IMG/VR virus record: IMGVR_UViG_3300025570_000016
Span: 1-61,506 of that record
DNA length: 61,506 bases
From: a virus
Lineage: Duplodnaviria > Caudoviricetes
Strand: one strand, 5' to 3'
A program made the translations under genes and the position numbers. Of this stretch, positions 25,728-36,396 are shown in pieces. Below the pieces are notes generated by a model. It was given only the letters and a program-made list of their open reading frames with translations, was not told where the DNA came from and ran no database searches. Numbering within the stretch: position 1 is the stretch's first letter; every line of letters begins with the position of its first letter.

Positions 25728-26009
25728 ATGGACTCAAAAGATTTACGTAAGGAAATTATAGAGGCGGGTTATAAAGCTGTCAAGCAACTCATTAAGGTTG
25801 CGAAGGAGGATATTATAAAGCCTGACCCTATGGATGAGCTTGCAGCGGATAAGTTAAAAAACGCAGCAGCATCAAAGAAGCTTTCTATATTCGATGCTTT
25901 TGAGATATTAAAAAGAATTGACAGCGAGCAGGAAACTTTAGATATAGAATCTAAAGGCCCTAATAGAACAGACACTAAACAAGGATTTGCAGAACGAAGG
26001 TCAAAATAA
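25728..26009 (+). CDS. Probable terminase small subunit
   Basis: Small helical ORF immediately upstream of and overlapping terL. Confidence 0.55.
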   Translation: MDSKDLRKEIIEAGYKAVKQLIKVAKEDIIKPDPMDELAADKLKNAAASKKLSIFDAFEILKRIDSEQETLDIESKGPNRTDTKQGFAERRSK

Positions 26010-28233
26010 CTTATATCGTGTTATTCCCGATTACATTCCCTCAAGGCCACTATCGAAAAAGAATGGTAGCCGAAGTTGGTTGTATGGGTACAACGAGGAG
26101 TATGACTTTATAAACATTTCTAAGACAGGGCAGGTAGGTGAGGTAGTTGAAATCTCAGGGCTACGAATAGGGTTACCGCCTGCACCTAAGGATTGCCATA
26201 AAAGACATAACGCAAAATCACAGCAGTATTGGGAGCGTCAAGAGTTTCCAAAAGAACTACAAAAAATAAACTCTATATTTCAATGGAATGAGATGCCGTC
26301 ACCTTTTAAGGATAGATGGGTTGACTATATAGAGTCTGAGTTTGATAGAAGGGAGGAGGGGCATTGGTTTATGAATCATGGTGACCCGACCTACATAACA
26401 GGTTCACACTATATGTATCTTCAATGGACTAGTATAGATGTAGGTTATCCCGACTATCGAGAAGCTAACAGAATATTTTTTATTTTTTGGGAGGCGTCAA
26501 AAGCTGACAAGCGTTCTTTTGGTATGACATACCTTAAGATAAGACGTTCAGGATTTTCCTTTATGGGGTCCTCGGAAGCAGTGAATACGGGTACGCTAGC
26601 AAAAGACTCTAGGGTAGGTATACTATCTAAAACAGGTTCGGATGCTAAGAAAATGTTTACCGACAAGGTTGTGCCTATTAACAGTAGACTACCTTTCTTC
26701 TTTAAGCCAATCATGGACGGTATGGATAAGCCAAAGACAGAGCTTGCCTTTAGAATTCCTGCATCTAAGATTACTAAGAAGAATATGTACGACACTGAGG
26801 CTGAGGAGCTTGAGGGGTTGGATACTACAATAGATTGGAAAAATACGGATGACAACTCCTATGATGGTGAGAAGTTATTACTGCTAGTACATGATGAGAG
26901 TGGTAAATGGATTAAGCCGAACAACATCTTAAATAATTGGCGTGTAACAAAAACATGTCTACGTTTGGGTAGTAAGATTATCGGTAAGTGTATGATGGGT
27001 TCTACATCCAATGCATTATCTAAGGGTGGTAACAACTTTAAGAAACTTTACGAAGACTCTGATGTAAATACTAGGAATGCCAACGGGCAGACTAAGAGTG
27101 GTATGTACGCACTGTTTATTCCTATGGAATGGAACATGGAAGGTTTTATTGATAGATACGGCATGCCTGTATTTAAAAAACCTAAGAAGCCTGTGTTAGG
27201 TGTTGATGGTGAGATGATAAGTAATGGAGCTGTAGATTATTGGGAGGCTGAGGTTGAGTCACTTAAAAGTGACGCTGACGCTTTAAATGAATTCTACAGA
27301 CAGTTTCCTAGAACAGAGTCGCATGCTTTTAGGGATGAGAGCAAGTCGTCGTTATTTAACCTTACTAAAATATATCAGCAGATAGACTATAACGATTCAT
27401 TGATTACAGAGCACCACGTAACGCGTGGCTCATTTCATTGGAAGGGAGGGGTGAAGGATACTGAGGTTGTATTTAGCCCCGATACTCGTGGTAGGTTCTT
27501 GGTAAGTTGGATTCCTAATAAGAATCTTCAGAACAGGTCTGTAAGTAAGAGAGGCAACAAGTACCCGGGTAATGAGCATATAGGTTCATTTGGATGTGAC
27601 TCCTATGATATATCAGGAACGGTAGGCGGTAAAGGGTCTAACGGCTCTTTGCATGGGCTTACTAAGTTTAACATGGATGAGGCACCTAGCAATGAGTTTT
27701 TCTTAGAGTATATAGCTAGGCCGCAGACTGCAGAGATATTTTTTGAGGAGGTTCTGATGGCGTGTATATTCTACGGCATGCCACTTCTTTGTGAGAACAA
27801 TAAACCAAGGCTCTTGTATCACTTTAAGAATAGAGGCTACAGAGGTTACTCAATGAATAGGCCTGACAAGGTATTTAATAAGCTTTCAAAAACAGAGAAA
27901 GAGTTAGGAGGAATACCTAACTCGTCTGAGGACGTAAAGCAATCACATGCCTCAGCTATTGAGTCGTACATAGAGAAGCATGTCGGTATAGATATGAGTG
28001 GTGCGTATAGGGATTCTGATGAAATGGGCTCAATGCCTTTTGCTAGAACTCTTGAGGATTGGGCTAGGTTTGACATTAACAATAGAACAAAGTTTGATGC
28101 CTCGATTAGCTCAGGGTTAGCTATCATGGCTAATCAGAAAAGCTCGTATCAGCCCGAACAAAAACAGTCAAAAATAAGTGTTACCTTTGCTAGATACAAT
28201 AACAAAGGGTCAATCAGTGAATTACTAAGATAG
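25987..28233 (+). CDS. terL: Terminase large subunit
   Basis: KIRRSGFS (Walker A variant), LVHDESGK, GSTSN, FGCDSYD, CENNK, FDASISSG. Confidence 0.88.
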   Translation: MQNEGQNNLYRVIPDYIPSRPLSKKNGSRSWLYGYNEEYDFINISKTGQVGEVVEISGLRIGLPPAPKDCHKRHNAKSQQYWERQEFPKELQKINSIFQWNEMPSPFKDRWVDYIESEFDRREEGHWFMNHGDPTYITGSHYMYLQWTSIDVGYPDYREANRIFFIFWEASKADKRSFGMTYLKIRRSGFSFMGSSEAVNTGTLAKDSRVGILSKTGSDAKKMFTDKVVPINSRLPFFFKPIMDGMDKPKTELAFRIPASKITKKNMYDTEAEELEGLDTTIDWKNTDDNSYDGEKLLLLVHDESGKWIKPNNILNNWRVTKTCLRLGSKIIGKCMMGSTSNALSKGGNNFKKLYEDSDVNTRNANGQTKSGMYALFIPMEWNMEGFIDRYGMPVFKKPKKPVLGVDGEMISNGAVDYWEAEVESLKSDADALNEFYRQFPRTESHAFRDESKSSLFNLTKIYQQIDYNDSLITEHHVTRGSFHWKGGVKDTEVVFSPDTRGRFLVSWIPNKNLQNRSVSKRGNKYPGNEHIGSFGCDSYDISGTVGGKGSNGSLHGLTKFNMDEAPSNEFFLEYIARPQTAEIFFEEVLMACIFYGMPLLCENNKPRLLYHFKNRGYRGYSMNRPDKVFNKLSKTEKELGGIPNSSEDVKQSHASAIESYIEKHVGIDMSGAYRDSDEMGSMPFARTLEDWARFDINNRTKFDASISSGLAIMANQKSSYQPEQKQSKISVTFARYNNKGSISELLR

Positions 28234-30669
28234 ATGAAAGAGGTAAATGTAAACATATCGGCTGCAGGTTTTCCTAGTCAATTTGTTTCAGATGCAGAGA
28301 AAGCAACTGAAGAATTTGGGATACAGATAGGTCAAGCAATACAGTACGAATGGTTCAAGAGAGATGGTAATTCATGTAGATACTACGACCAATGGAGAGA
28401 CTTTCATAGGCTAAGGTTATACGCAAGGGGTGAGCAGTCTGTTGCTAAATATAAGACTGAGCTTGCCGTTGATGGTGACCTTTCATATTTAAACCTTGAT
28501 TGGACTCCCGTGCCTATACTTCCTAAGTTTGTAGACATCGTTGTTAACGGAATGTCTGACAGACTTTTTAAGGTTAAGGCTTACGCTGAGGATGCAATAT
28601 CACAAGAGAATAGAAGTAAGTTTCAGGAAATGATTCAAGGTCAGATGGTTGCTAAACCAATCCTTGAGACGATACAGAAGAACACAGGTATGAACCCGTT
28701 TACTATGGAGCCTGACGACTTACCTGAGAATGACGAGGAGCTTTCCTTGTACATGAACTTAAACTACAAGCCGGCTATTGAAATAGCTGAGGAGACTGCT
28801 ATTGATACTTTATTCTCAGAGAATAAGTACGCAGACCTACGAAAAAGATTTGACTACGACCTTACCGTTTTAGGTATAGGTGTAGCAAAGCATGAGTTTT
28901 TACCGGGTGCAGGAGTTCAGGTAAGCTATGTAGACCCTGCGAATGTGGTGTACAGCTACACCGAAGACCCACACTTTAAAGATTGTTTTTATTGGGGTGA
29001 GATTAAAACTGTACCTATTGTTGAGTTAATTAAGATTGACCAATCACTTACTAATGAGGATTTAGAAAAAATCTCTCAGCACAGTCAGAGTTGGTATGAC
29101 TACTACAACACGGCTCAGTTTTACGAGAATGATATTTTCTATAAGGACACAGCTACCTTAATGTACTTTAACTATAAGACAACTAAAAAGATTGTCTACA
29201 AGAAAAAGGTATATGACAATGGTGGTTCTAAGATGATTGAGAAGGATGACCAATTCAACCCACCCGTGGAGATGATGGATGAGGGTAACTTCGAGAAGGT
29301 AGAAAAAACTATTGACGTTTGGTACGAAGGCGTTATGGTTATGGGAACAAACATATTACTTAAATGGGAAATGGCTGAGAATATGGTTAGGCCTAAGTCT
29401 GCTAGTCAGCACGCTATCCCTAACTATGTAGCCGTAGCTCCTAGGATGTATAAAGGAAATATTGAGTCTTTAGTAAGAAGAATGATTCCTTTTGCTGATT
29501 TGATTCAGATGACACATCTAAAGCTTCAGCAGGTAATATCAAGAGTTGTTCCTGACGGTGTTTATATTGATGCGGATGGACTGAATGAGGTAGACCTTGG
29601 AACAGGTAGCGCGTATAACCCTGAGGATGCTTTAAGATTATACTTCCAAACAGGTAGTGTAATTGGTAGGAGCTACACGCAGGATGGTGACTACAATCAA
29701 GGTAAAGTTCCTATTCAGCAGCTAACGTCAAATTCAGGTGCTAGTAAGACGCAAATGCTTATTGGTAACTATAACCATTACCTAGGAATGATTCGAGCTG
29801 TAACAGGCTTAAATGAAGCTAGAGACGGTTCTACACCCGACCCTAATTCTTTGGTTGGTGTACAAAAGTTAGCAGCGTTAAATTCTAACACAGCTACAAG
29901 GCACATTCTAGATGGTAGCCTTTATATGTATAAAACATTAGCTGAAGCTTTGACGTACAGGGTTTCTGATATACTAGAGTATGCTGACTTTAAAGATGAG
30001 TTTGTTAATCAGATAGGTAAATACAACGTGTCCATCCTAAACGAGATTAACAGTCTATACATTTATGACTTTGGAGTTTTCATTGAGGTATCTCCTGATG
30101 AAGAAGAAAAGGCTCAGCTTGAGCAGAATATACAGATGGCTTTATCTAAGGGTGATATAAACCTAGAGGACGCTATTGATATTAGAGAGATAAGAAATTT
30201 AAAGCTCGCTAATCAATTACTTAAAGTAAAGAGAATTAAGAAGCAAGAGCGTGACGAGAAGATGGCTATGCAGAAGCAGGCCATGACAGCTCAGCAACAA
30301 TTAAAATCTCAAGAAATGGCGTCTCAGGTAGCTATGCAAAAGATTCAAGCAGAGAGTCAGGCTAAGATGCAGCTCAAGCAAGCTGAGATAGCTTTTGAAA
30401 TTGAGAAGATGAATAATGAGGCTCAGCTTAAATCCATGCTAATGGATAAAGAGTTTAGTCTTAACATGCAGCTACGTGGTGTATCTGAGCAAGCTTTAGA
30501 CCAAAGAGAATCTCAAAGAGAGGACGCTAAATCAGCTCGTATTAGTCAGCAGAACACAGAGCAGAGTAAATTAATAAATCAGCGTAAGAACAACCTACCG
30601 CCTCAGAACTTTGAATCTAATGAGGATAGTTTAGATGGGTTTGATTTAGCTGAATTTAACCCAAGGTAG
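28234..30669 (+). CDS. Portal protein
   Basis: 811 aa after terL, WTPVPILPKFVD, long C-terminal coiled coil. Confidence 0.82.
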   Translation: MKEVNVNISAAGFPSQFVSDAEKATEEFGIQIGQAIQYEWFKRDGNSCRYYDQWRDFHRLRLYARGEQSVAKYKTELAVDGDLSYLNLDWTPVPILPKFVDIVVNGMSDRLFKVKAYAEDAISQENRSKFQEMIQGQMVAKPILETIQKNTGMNPFTMEPDDLPENDEELSLYMNLNYKPAIEIAEETAIDTLFSENKYADLRKRFDYDLTVLGIGVAKHEFLPGAGVQVSYVDPANVVYSYTEDPHFKDCFYWGEIKTVPIVELIKIDQSLTNEDLEKISQHSQSWYDYYNTAQFYENDIFYKDTATLMYFNYKTTKKIVYKKKVYDNGGSKMIEKDDQFNPPVEMMDEGNFEKVEKTIDVWYEGVMVMGTNILLKWEMAENMVRPKSASQHAIPNYVAVAPRMYKGNIESLVRRMIPFADLIQMTHLKLQQVISRVVPDGVYIDADGLNEVDLGTGSAYNPEDALRLYFQTGSVIGRSYTQDGDYNQGKVPIQQLTSNSGASKTQMLIGNYNHYLGMIRAVTGLNEARDGSTPDPNSLVGVQKLAALNSNTATRHILDGSLYMYKTLAEALTYRVSDILEYADFKDEFVNQIGKYNVSILNEINSLYIYDFGVFIEVSPDEEEKAQLEQNIQMALSKGDINLEDAIDIREIRNLKLANQLLKVKRIKKQERDEKMAMQKQAMTAQQQLKSQEMASQVAMQKIQAESQAKMQLKQAEIAFEIEKMNNEAQLKSMLMDKEFSLNMQLRGVSEQALDQRESQREDAKSARISQQNTEQSKLINQRKNNLPPQNFESNEDSLDGFDLAEFNPR

Positions 30670-30670
30670 T

Positions 30671-30826
30671 ATGGCGACAAAAGGTAGAACAAAAAAGAAT
30701 AAGATATGTCCTGCAGGGATTGCTTGGGCTAAAAGAACATTCGATAGATACCCTTCAGCTTATGCAAACATGGCTGCAAGCAAATATTGTAAAGACCCTA
30801 ACTACGCTAAAAAATCTAAAAAGTAA
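30671..30826 (+). CDS. 51-aa basic protein (not in ORF track)
   Basis: MATKGRTKKNKICPAGIAWAKRTFDRYPSAYANMAASKYCK. Confidence 0.75.
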   Translation: MATKGRTKKNKICPAGIAWAKRTFDRYPSAYANMAASKYCKDPNYAKKSKK

Positions 30827-30876
30827 TGGCAGCATACGGAACTAAAAAGAAGAAGCCTAAAAAACCAAAGTACTAA
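30826..30876 (+). CDS. 16-aa lysine-rich micropeptide
   Basis: MAAYGTKKKKPKKPKY; TAATG overlaps at both ends. Confidence 0.55.
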   Translation: MAAYGTKKKKPKKPKY

Positions 30877-31121
30877 TGGGTGAGCTTAAGAAGTGGAGAG
30901 ATGAGAAATGGGTTCGCATAGGGACTGACGGTTCTATTAAAGGAGCGTGCGGTACTAGTAAGGATAAGAAGAACCCTGATAGATGCTTACCGCTTAACAA
31001 AGCTAACAGCATGAGTAAGGCAGAACGAGCTTCAACGGCTAAGAAGAAAAAGAAGTACGGAAGAACAAAGCAGTTTGTGTCCAATACCAAGGCCGGTAAG
31101 GTGACAAGGAAAAGCGTCTAA
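30876..31121 (+). CDS. Conserved basic phage protein
   Basis: LKKWRDEKWV...CG...RCLP. Confidence 0.75.
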   Translation: MGELKKWRDEKWVRIGTDGSIKGACGTSKDKKNPDRCLPLNKANSMSKAERASTAKKKKKYGRTKQFVSNTKAGKVTRKSV

Positions 31122-31164
31122 AATATAAATAAATTTTGTTTAACTTTGCATAAAATCAAATCAA

Positions 31165-32265
31165 ATGGAAATTAAAGTAAAAGCGTTAGACGGTGTAGAG
31201 CAGAAGTCTACATCGGAGGTGGAAGGGGAATTGCTAGAAAAGCATGAAGAGCAGTTTGAGGACTCAGCACCAACAGAAGAAACTCAGGTAATAGAAGAAC
31301 CGCAAACCGAAGAGGTTGAGCAGCAAGAGCCGCAAGGCATTACCGAGGAGCAAGTTCTTTCACATATTAAAGAAAGATACAATAAGGAGATTACATCAGT
31401 AGATGAGTTGTTTGTAGAGCGAGAAGCTCAAGAAGAATTACCTGAGGATGTGGCTGCTTATTTTAAGTATAAAAAAGAAACAGGGCGAGGCATCAGTGAC
31501 TATGTTAAATTACAACAGGACTTTGATGAGGTAAACCCTGAATCTTTGCTAAGAGATTATCTTAAGGCTACGGAAACAGCTCTTGACGATGACGACATTC
31601 AGTCGTTGATGGATGAGTATTCCTACGATGCAGACTTGGATGAAGAGTCGGATATTAAGAAAATCAAGGTAGCAAAGAAAAAAGCTATTGCTAAGGCTAA
31701 GAACTACTTTACCGAGCAGCAGGAGATGTACAAGCAACCACTTGAGTCAAGACAGGAAGCTATCTCTGAAAGCGAGAATGAGGAGTACAAAGCGTATAAG
31801 CAGTATTTGAATGAGGCGGCAACGCAGCAAGAGGAGACAAAAAGAAAGTCTGAGTGGTTCTCACAAAAGACTGACGAGGTTTTCAGCAATGATTTCAAAG
31901 GTTTTGATTTCAAGATTGGGGAAGACCAAATCACTTTTAATCCGGGTAGTGCAGAGGAAGTAAAGAAAGCTCAGCTATCACCAATGAATTTTGTTAACAA
32001 GTATTTGGATGATAACGGACTTATGAATGACGCTGCAGGATACCACAAAGCACTAGCCGTTGCAATGAATCCTGAGAAGTTTGCTCAATTTTTTTATGAG
32101 CAGGGTAAAGCAAACGCAACAGAGGATGTTATGAGGAAGACTAAGAATATTAATATGACAACTCGCAACGCCCCTGCTTCAACTGTTAAATCAGGAACAC
32201 AGTATAAATCTTTGAGTAACGACTCAGGTCGAGGTTTAAAGATTAGAAGTATTAAAAGAAAATAA
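31165..32265 (+). CDS. Putative capsid scaffolding protein
   Basis: Acidic, helical, between portal and capsid. Confidence 0.65.
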   Translation: MEIKVKALDGVEQKSTSEVEGELLEKHEEQFEDSAPTEETQVIEEPQTEEVEQQEPQGITEEQVLSHIKERYNKEITSVDELFVEREAQEELPEDVAAYFKYKKETGRGISDYVKLQQDFDEVNPESLLRDYLKATETALDDDDIQSLMDEYSYDADLDEESDIKKIKVAKKKAIAKAKNYFTEQQEMYKQPLESRQEAISESENEEYKAYKQYLNEAATQQEETKRKSEWFSQKTDEVFSNDFKGFDFKIGEDQITFNPGSAEEVKKAQLSPMNFVNKYLDDNGLMNDAAGYHKALAVAMNPEKFAQFFYEQGKANATEDVMRKTKNINMTTRNAPASTVKSGTQYKSLSNDSGRGLKIRSIKRK

Positions 32266-32283
32266 TCTTAAAAAAACAAAAAA

Positions 32284-33720
32284 ATGGCAGGTTCAGTACA
32301 GGGCACTCCGGGCTTTAATTTACAGCCGAGTGCAGAACAGGTTGCTACAAGTAGCAACTACATTACAGATTTTAACTTCTTGAATCAGTATCTACCGGAT
32401 ACTTACGAGAAGGAATTCGAGCGTTATGGTAACCGTACCGTAGCATCTTTCCTACGATTGGTAGGAGCAGAGATGCCAACTAACTCAGACCTTATCAAAT
32501 GGGCTGAGCAAGGAAGGCTTCACACTAAATACGTAGACGTAACGACAACCGCTACAGGAGCTCAAGATACAGCTACATTTACAGTTAATGACGTTTTATC
32601 TCCGGGTTCAGGTGCTATCGCTATTCGTACCGGTCAAACTCTTATGTTTACCAACAATGCGGGTGGTCAGAACTTTAAAGCAGTTGTAACTTCTGTTGAC
32701 ACAGCAAACGGGACTTTCGTTGCAGCGTTCTACGATGCTTCAGTAACTTTTGCAGCAGCAACATTTACTTGTTTTGTTTACGGTTCTGAGTTCAAGAAAG
32801 GAACATTGGGTATGGAAGGTTCTTTGGAAGCTGATGACGTATTCTTTGAAAACAAACCAATTATCCTTAAAGATAAGTACGCAGTATCAGGTTCTGATAT
32901 GGCTCAAATCGGATGGGTTGAGGTTACTACAGAGAACGGTGCTACAGGATACCTTTGGTACTTGAAGTCTGAGCACGAAACTCGTCTTCGTTTTGATGAC
33001 TACCTAGAAACAGCTATGCTAGAAGCAATTCCTGCAGCAGTTAATTCAGGTGCTCAAGCTGCACTAGGTAATAATACTACTACAGCAGGAGCTCCAACAG
33101 GAGCAGGTTCTGAGGGTGTGTTCTACGCAGTAGAGAACAGAGGTAACGTGTGGTCAGGTGGTAACCCTAACGTATTGGGTGACTTTGACGCTGTTATCCA
33201 ACGTCTTGACAAGCAAGGTTCTATTGAGGAGAACGTAATCTTCGTTGACCGTCAGTTTGGATTCGACATTGATGACATGTTAGCTGCTCAGAACTCTTAC
33301 GGTGCAGGTGGTACGTCTTACGGACTATTTGACAATGACGAAGAGATGGCTCTTAACTTAGGATTCACAGGATTCCGAAGAGGGTATGACTTCTACAAGT
33401 CTGATTGGAAATACTTGAATGACCCAACTATGCGTGGTGGTTTACCATCAGGAGCAGGTTCAGGAAAAATTAACGGATTGTTAGTTCCTGCAGGTTCAAC
33501 TTCAGTGTATGACCAAATCTTAGGTAAGAACGCTAAGCGTCCTTTCTTACATGTACGTTACCGTGCTTCACAAACTGAAGACCGACGTTACAAGACTTGG
33601 ATTACAGGTTCAGCAGGTGGCGCAGCTACTTCTAGCTTGGATGCAATGGAGGTTAACTTCTTGTCTGAGAGAGCTGTATGTACCTTAGGTGCAAACAACT
33701 TCTTCTTATTCCAAGAGTAG
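32284..33720 (+). CDS. Major capsid protein
   Basis: 478 aa after the scaffold, followed by a strong terminator. Confidence 0.8.
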   Translation: MAGSVQGTPGFNLQPSAEQVATSSNYITDFNFLNQYLPDTYEKEFERYGNRTVASFLRLVGAEMPTNSDLIKWAEQGRLHTKYVDVTTTATGAQDTATFTVNDVLSPGSGAIAIRTGQTLMFTNNAGGQNFKAVVTSVDTANGTFVAAFYDASVTFAAATFTCFVYGSEFKKGTLGMEGSLEADDVFFENKPIILKDKYAVSGSDMAQIGWVEVTTENGATGYLWYLKSEHETRLRFDDYLETAMLEAIPAAVNSGAQAALGNNTTTAGAPTGAGSEGVFYAVENRGNVWSGGNPNVLGDFDAVIQRLDKQGSIEENVIFVDRQFGFDIDDMLAAQNSYGAGGTSYGLFDNDEEMALNLGFTGFRRGYDFYKSDWKYLNDPTMRGGLPSGAGSGKINGLLVPAGSTSVYDQILGKNAKRPFLHVRYRASQTEDRRYKTWITGSAGGAATSSLDAMEVNFLSERAVCTLGANNFFLFQE

Positions 33721-33726
33721 TATATT

Positions 33727-33767
33727 AAAAAGGGAGTCCGTTATAACGGACTCTCTTTTACTTTTTT
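33727..33767 (+). terminator. Terminator built on palindrome 8 (core 33737-33750)
   Basis: GGGAGTCCGTTATAACGGACTCTC then TTTTACTTTTTT. Confidence 0.85.
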
Positions 33768-33786
33768 AAATTCTAATTAAATTCAA

Positions 33787-34539
33787 ATGAAAAAAACAGT
33801 AGAGTACGTAGACAAGCAGTATAAGTTATTAGGTAGCAGTGTACCATTATCATTTATGCTCGCATCAAGAAACACAAGAAGATTTCCATTGCTATGGTTT
33901 GATGAGGAGAAAGGTGAGAACAGAGCCCTTCGATACGCAAGAAACCAAAAGAGTCCGTTTGAGGATGAGCAAGATGGGAATGCAATATTAGAGCCTATCA
34001 TATTCGATGACGGCTTCCTTACAGTTCCAAAAACAAATCAGGTATTACAGAAGTTCTTAGAGATACACCCGTCTAATGGTGTTAAGTACGCTACCATTGA
34101 TAAAGCTAAAGAGGCTAAGGAGATAGTAGAAGACCTTAACGTAGAGGTTGACGCATTGATTGCAGCTCGCGAGCTTTCAATAGAGCAGATAGAGGCTGTA
34201 ACCCGTGTAGCTTTTGGTACAGACCCAAGCAATATCACATCGGCAGAACTTAGAAGGGATATACTTTTATTCGCTAAGCAGGACCCGCACGCATTCTTAG
34301 CGGTTGTAGGAGATGCTTCTCTTCAGATTGACTCCAAGGTTCAGTCGTTCTTTGATAAGAGCGTGTTGACGTTTAGAAACAATAAGAAGGAGGTATTCTT
34401 TAATACACCAAGCAACAAGAAGCGTATGCTGACAATACCTTTCGGTGAGGACCCGTTGTATGTGGTATCATCATATTTACAGAGCGATGAGGGGCTTGAT
34501 GTCCTTGAGTTCTTAGAGAAGGTCGCAGAGACCAAGTAG
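33787..34539 (+). CDS. Conserved protein downstream of the capsid gene
   Basis: 250-aa ORF. Confidence 0.75.
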   Translation: MKKTVEYVDKQYKLLGSSVPLSFMLASRNTRRFPLLWFDEEKGENRALRYARNQKSPFEDEQDGNAILEPIIFDDGFLTVPKTNQVLQKFLEIHPSNGVKYATIDKAKEAKEIVEDLNVEVDALIAARELSIEQIEAVTRVAFGTDPSNITSAELRRDILLFAKQDPHAFLAVVGDASLQIDSKVQSFFDKSVLTFRNNKKEVFFNTPSNKKRMLTIPFGEDPLYVVSSYLQSDEGLDVLEFLEKVAETK

Positions 34540-34540
34540 T

Positions 34541-34573
34541 AAAAGAGGAGGCAGAAATGCTTCCTTTTTTTTT
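34541..34573 (+). terminator. Intrinsic terminator
   Basis: GGAGGCA-GAAA-TGCTTCC then T9. Confidence 0.8.
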
Positions 34574-34617
34574 GCTATCTTTGTTTCATTATTAATCATC
34601 TAATATTTTTTTTAACG

Positions 34618-34899
34618 ATGGCAAAATTCTTAACATTTAACAACTCAGGTCAGAGTTTTCTACTCCCTGCTGATGGTTTTATTATGGCTAAAAAATTTGA
34701 TGCTACATCAACAATCTTGTACTACATCTCGGCAAACGACAAGGAACAAATAAGGCTCACACACGCGTCTCAGTCAGGTCATGAAATAGCTGACTTTATT
34801 CAAGACCAATTTATTAACTTAGCTCAAACGAATTGGAGAAATGCGGTTGTAAACATTACATCTTCATCTCCACTAACCTTAGTTGCAGAAATACGATGA
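34618..34899 (+). CDS. Small paralog A1
   Basis: MAKFLT...PADGF...AQTNWRNAVV. Confidence 0.75.
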   Translation: MAKFLTFNNSGQSFLLPADGFIMAKKFDATSTILYYISANDKEQIRLTHASQSGHEIADFIQDQFINLAQTNWRNAVVNITSSSPLTLVAEIR

Positions 34900-35189
34900 A
34901 AAAGTTTTTAAAAATATACAACGACTCAGAGTCAAGGTATGTAGCTATTAATGCTGACGAAGTTAATTTTCTTTTAAGTACATCTACAACTTTAGAGTTT
35001 TTTTACAGCGTAACAGATGATTTTAAAAATAATGTAAATGTAAATTATGGTTCAGTTAATGATGAAACCAAAAGAGAGATTAAAAACGTCGTTATAACGG
35101 CATTTCAAAAATTAATGTGTAAGTCTTACTCTAAAGCAACAATAGATGTAAAGCTACCTGCAACTGTAACATCAATAGTAATACAATAA
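34896..35189 (+). CDS. Small paralog B1
   Basis: MKKFLKIYND...YSK...VKLP; ATGA overlap start. Confidence 0.7.
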   Translation: MKKFLKIYNDSESRYVAINADEVNFLLSTSTTLEFFYSVTDDFKNNVNVNYGSVNDETKREIKNVVITAFQKLMCKSYSKATIDVKLPATVTSIVIQ

Positions 35190-35191
35190 TT

Positions 35192-35494
35192 ATGGCAAAA
35201 TTTTTAACAATAGATACAGGTGTTGAAGGGAAGTTTTTAATCCCTGCAGATGGTTTTGTTTTTAGTAGAAAAGAATCAGACATAAAGACATACATTTTTC
35301 TTAAAAACAACAATGTTCGTGATACTTTGGTTCTTACATACGATTCTGTAAGTGGTTTTGATGAAAACGCTTTAACTAAGTTTATTCAAGACGAGATGGT
35401 GGAGTTAGCTCAAACTCATTGGACTAATGCTGTTGTAGACATTACAGATAGAATACCTAAGCCTTATAATATAACAAACGTATCAATATTATAA
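35192..35494 (+). CDS. Small paralog A2
   Basis: MAKFLT...PADGF...AQTHWTNAVV. Confidence 0.75.
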   Translation: MAKFLTIDTGVEGKFLIPADGFVFSRKESDIKTYIFLKNNNVRDTLVLTYDSVSGFDENALTKFIQDEMVELAQTHWTNAVVDITDRIPKPYNITNVSIL

Positions 35495-35496
35495 TT

Positions 35497-35793
35497 ATGA
35501 AGAAGTTTTTAAATATATACAACGACGCTGATGATATGTACGTTTTGTGTAATGTATCAGACATTAAGTTTGTAACTGTTAGTGCTCTTAACCCAACAAC
35601 TGAAACGCAATTGTTTTACAACTTAAAGGACTCAACCACCGACCAAATAATAATAACACATGCTGTTGACTCTTTAGGTTTGAATAGGAACGCTATTGTA
35701 GCCGCTATAAAGGAAGTGTCAAGTAAGGGTTATACTAAATCTTTTATTGAGGTTAAACTACCGATAGCGGTAACACAAATAACAAACGGATAA
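35497..35793 (+). CDS. Small paralog B2
   Basis: MKKFLNIYND...YTK...VKLP. Confidence 0.75.
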   Translation: MKKFLNIYNDADDMYVLCNVSDIKFVTVSALNPTTETQLFYNLKDSTTDQIIITHAVDSLGLNRNAIVAAIKEVSSKGYTKSFIEVKLPIAVTQITNG

Positions 35794-35796
35794 GAC

Positions 35797-36087
35797 ATGG
35801 CAAAATTTTTAACAGTAACAGTAAGTGGTGCAGATTACATAATTCCTCAGAATGGTTTTGTTGCAGTTTCGCAAGAGCCAACTGATAACACTAGAACAAA
35901 TGTAAACTATGTTTCAGCAAACATTAGCGACCAAATTCTATTGTATCATTCGGCAGACGCAGGGAAACTTGTTCAGGATTTTTTAAAAGAAAAGTTTAAA
36001 GAGATGGCAGAAACAAATTGGACGAATGCAATAATTGACATTACCGATGACTGCCCTTTAAGTATAACATCTGTAACAATAGTTTAG
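35797..36087 (+). CDS. Small paralog A3
   Basis: MAKFLT...PQNGF...AETNWTNAII. Confidence 0.75.
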   Translation: MAKFLTVTVSGADYIIPQNGFVAVSQEPTDNTRTNVNYVSANISDQILLYHSADAGKLVQDFLKEKFKEMAETNWTNAIIDITDDCPLSITSVTIV

Positions 36088-36089
36088 AT

Positions 36090-36386
36090 ATGGAAAAGTT
36101 TTTAGAAATATACAATGACGCTGATGGTAAATACGTTTTAGTTTCAGCAAATAGAATTAAGTTTGTAGCTAAAGAAACAGGTAGCACTGTTAATACTTGG
36201 ATATATTATAACGCTCAAAGCACGGATGAAGATATTGTTCAGGTAGAAACAGCAGTAACCTCTTCAGGTTATGAAGTACAAAACGAAATTATAGATGCTA
36301 TTGCTAAAATTGCAAGCGAGGATTATACCAAGTCTTCTTTAAAGTTAAAACTATCTTTAGAGGTAGCTAGTATTTCAATTATTTAA
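36090..36386 (+). CDS. Small paralog B3
   Basis: MEKFLEIYND...YTK...LKL. Confidence 0.75.
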   Translation: MEKFLEIYNDADGKYVLVSANRIKFVAKETGSTVNTWIYYNAQSTDEDIVQVETAVTSSGYEVQNEIIDAIAKIASEDYTKSSLKLKLSLEVASISII

Positions 36387-36396
36387 AAAGAATGAA

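Noticed and set aside
35090-35099. CGTTATAACG partial palindrome
   Set aside because: Only 10 bp, inside a CDS, with no flanking stem; may be chance
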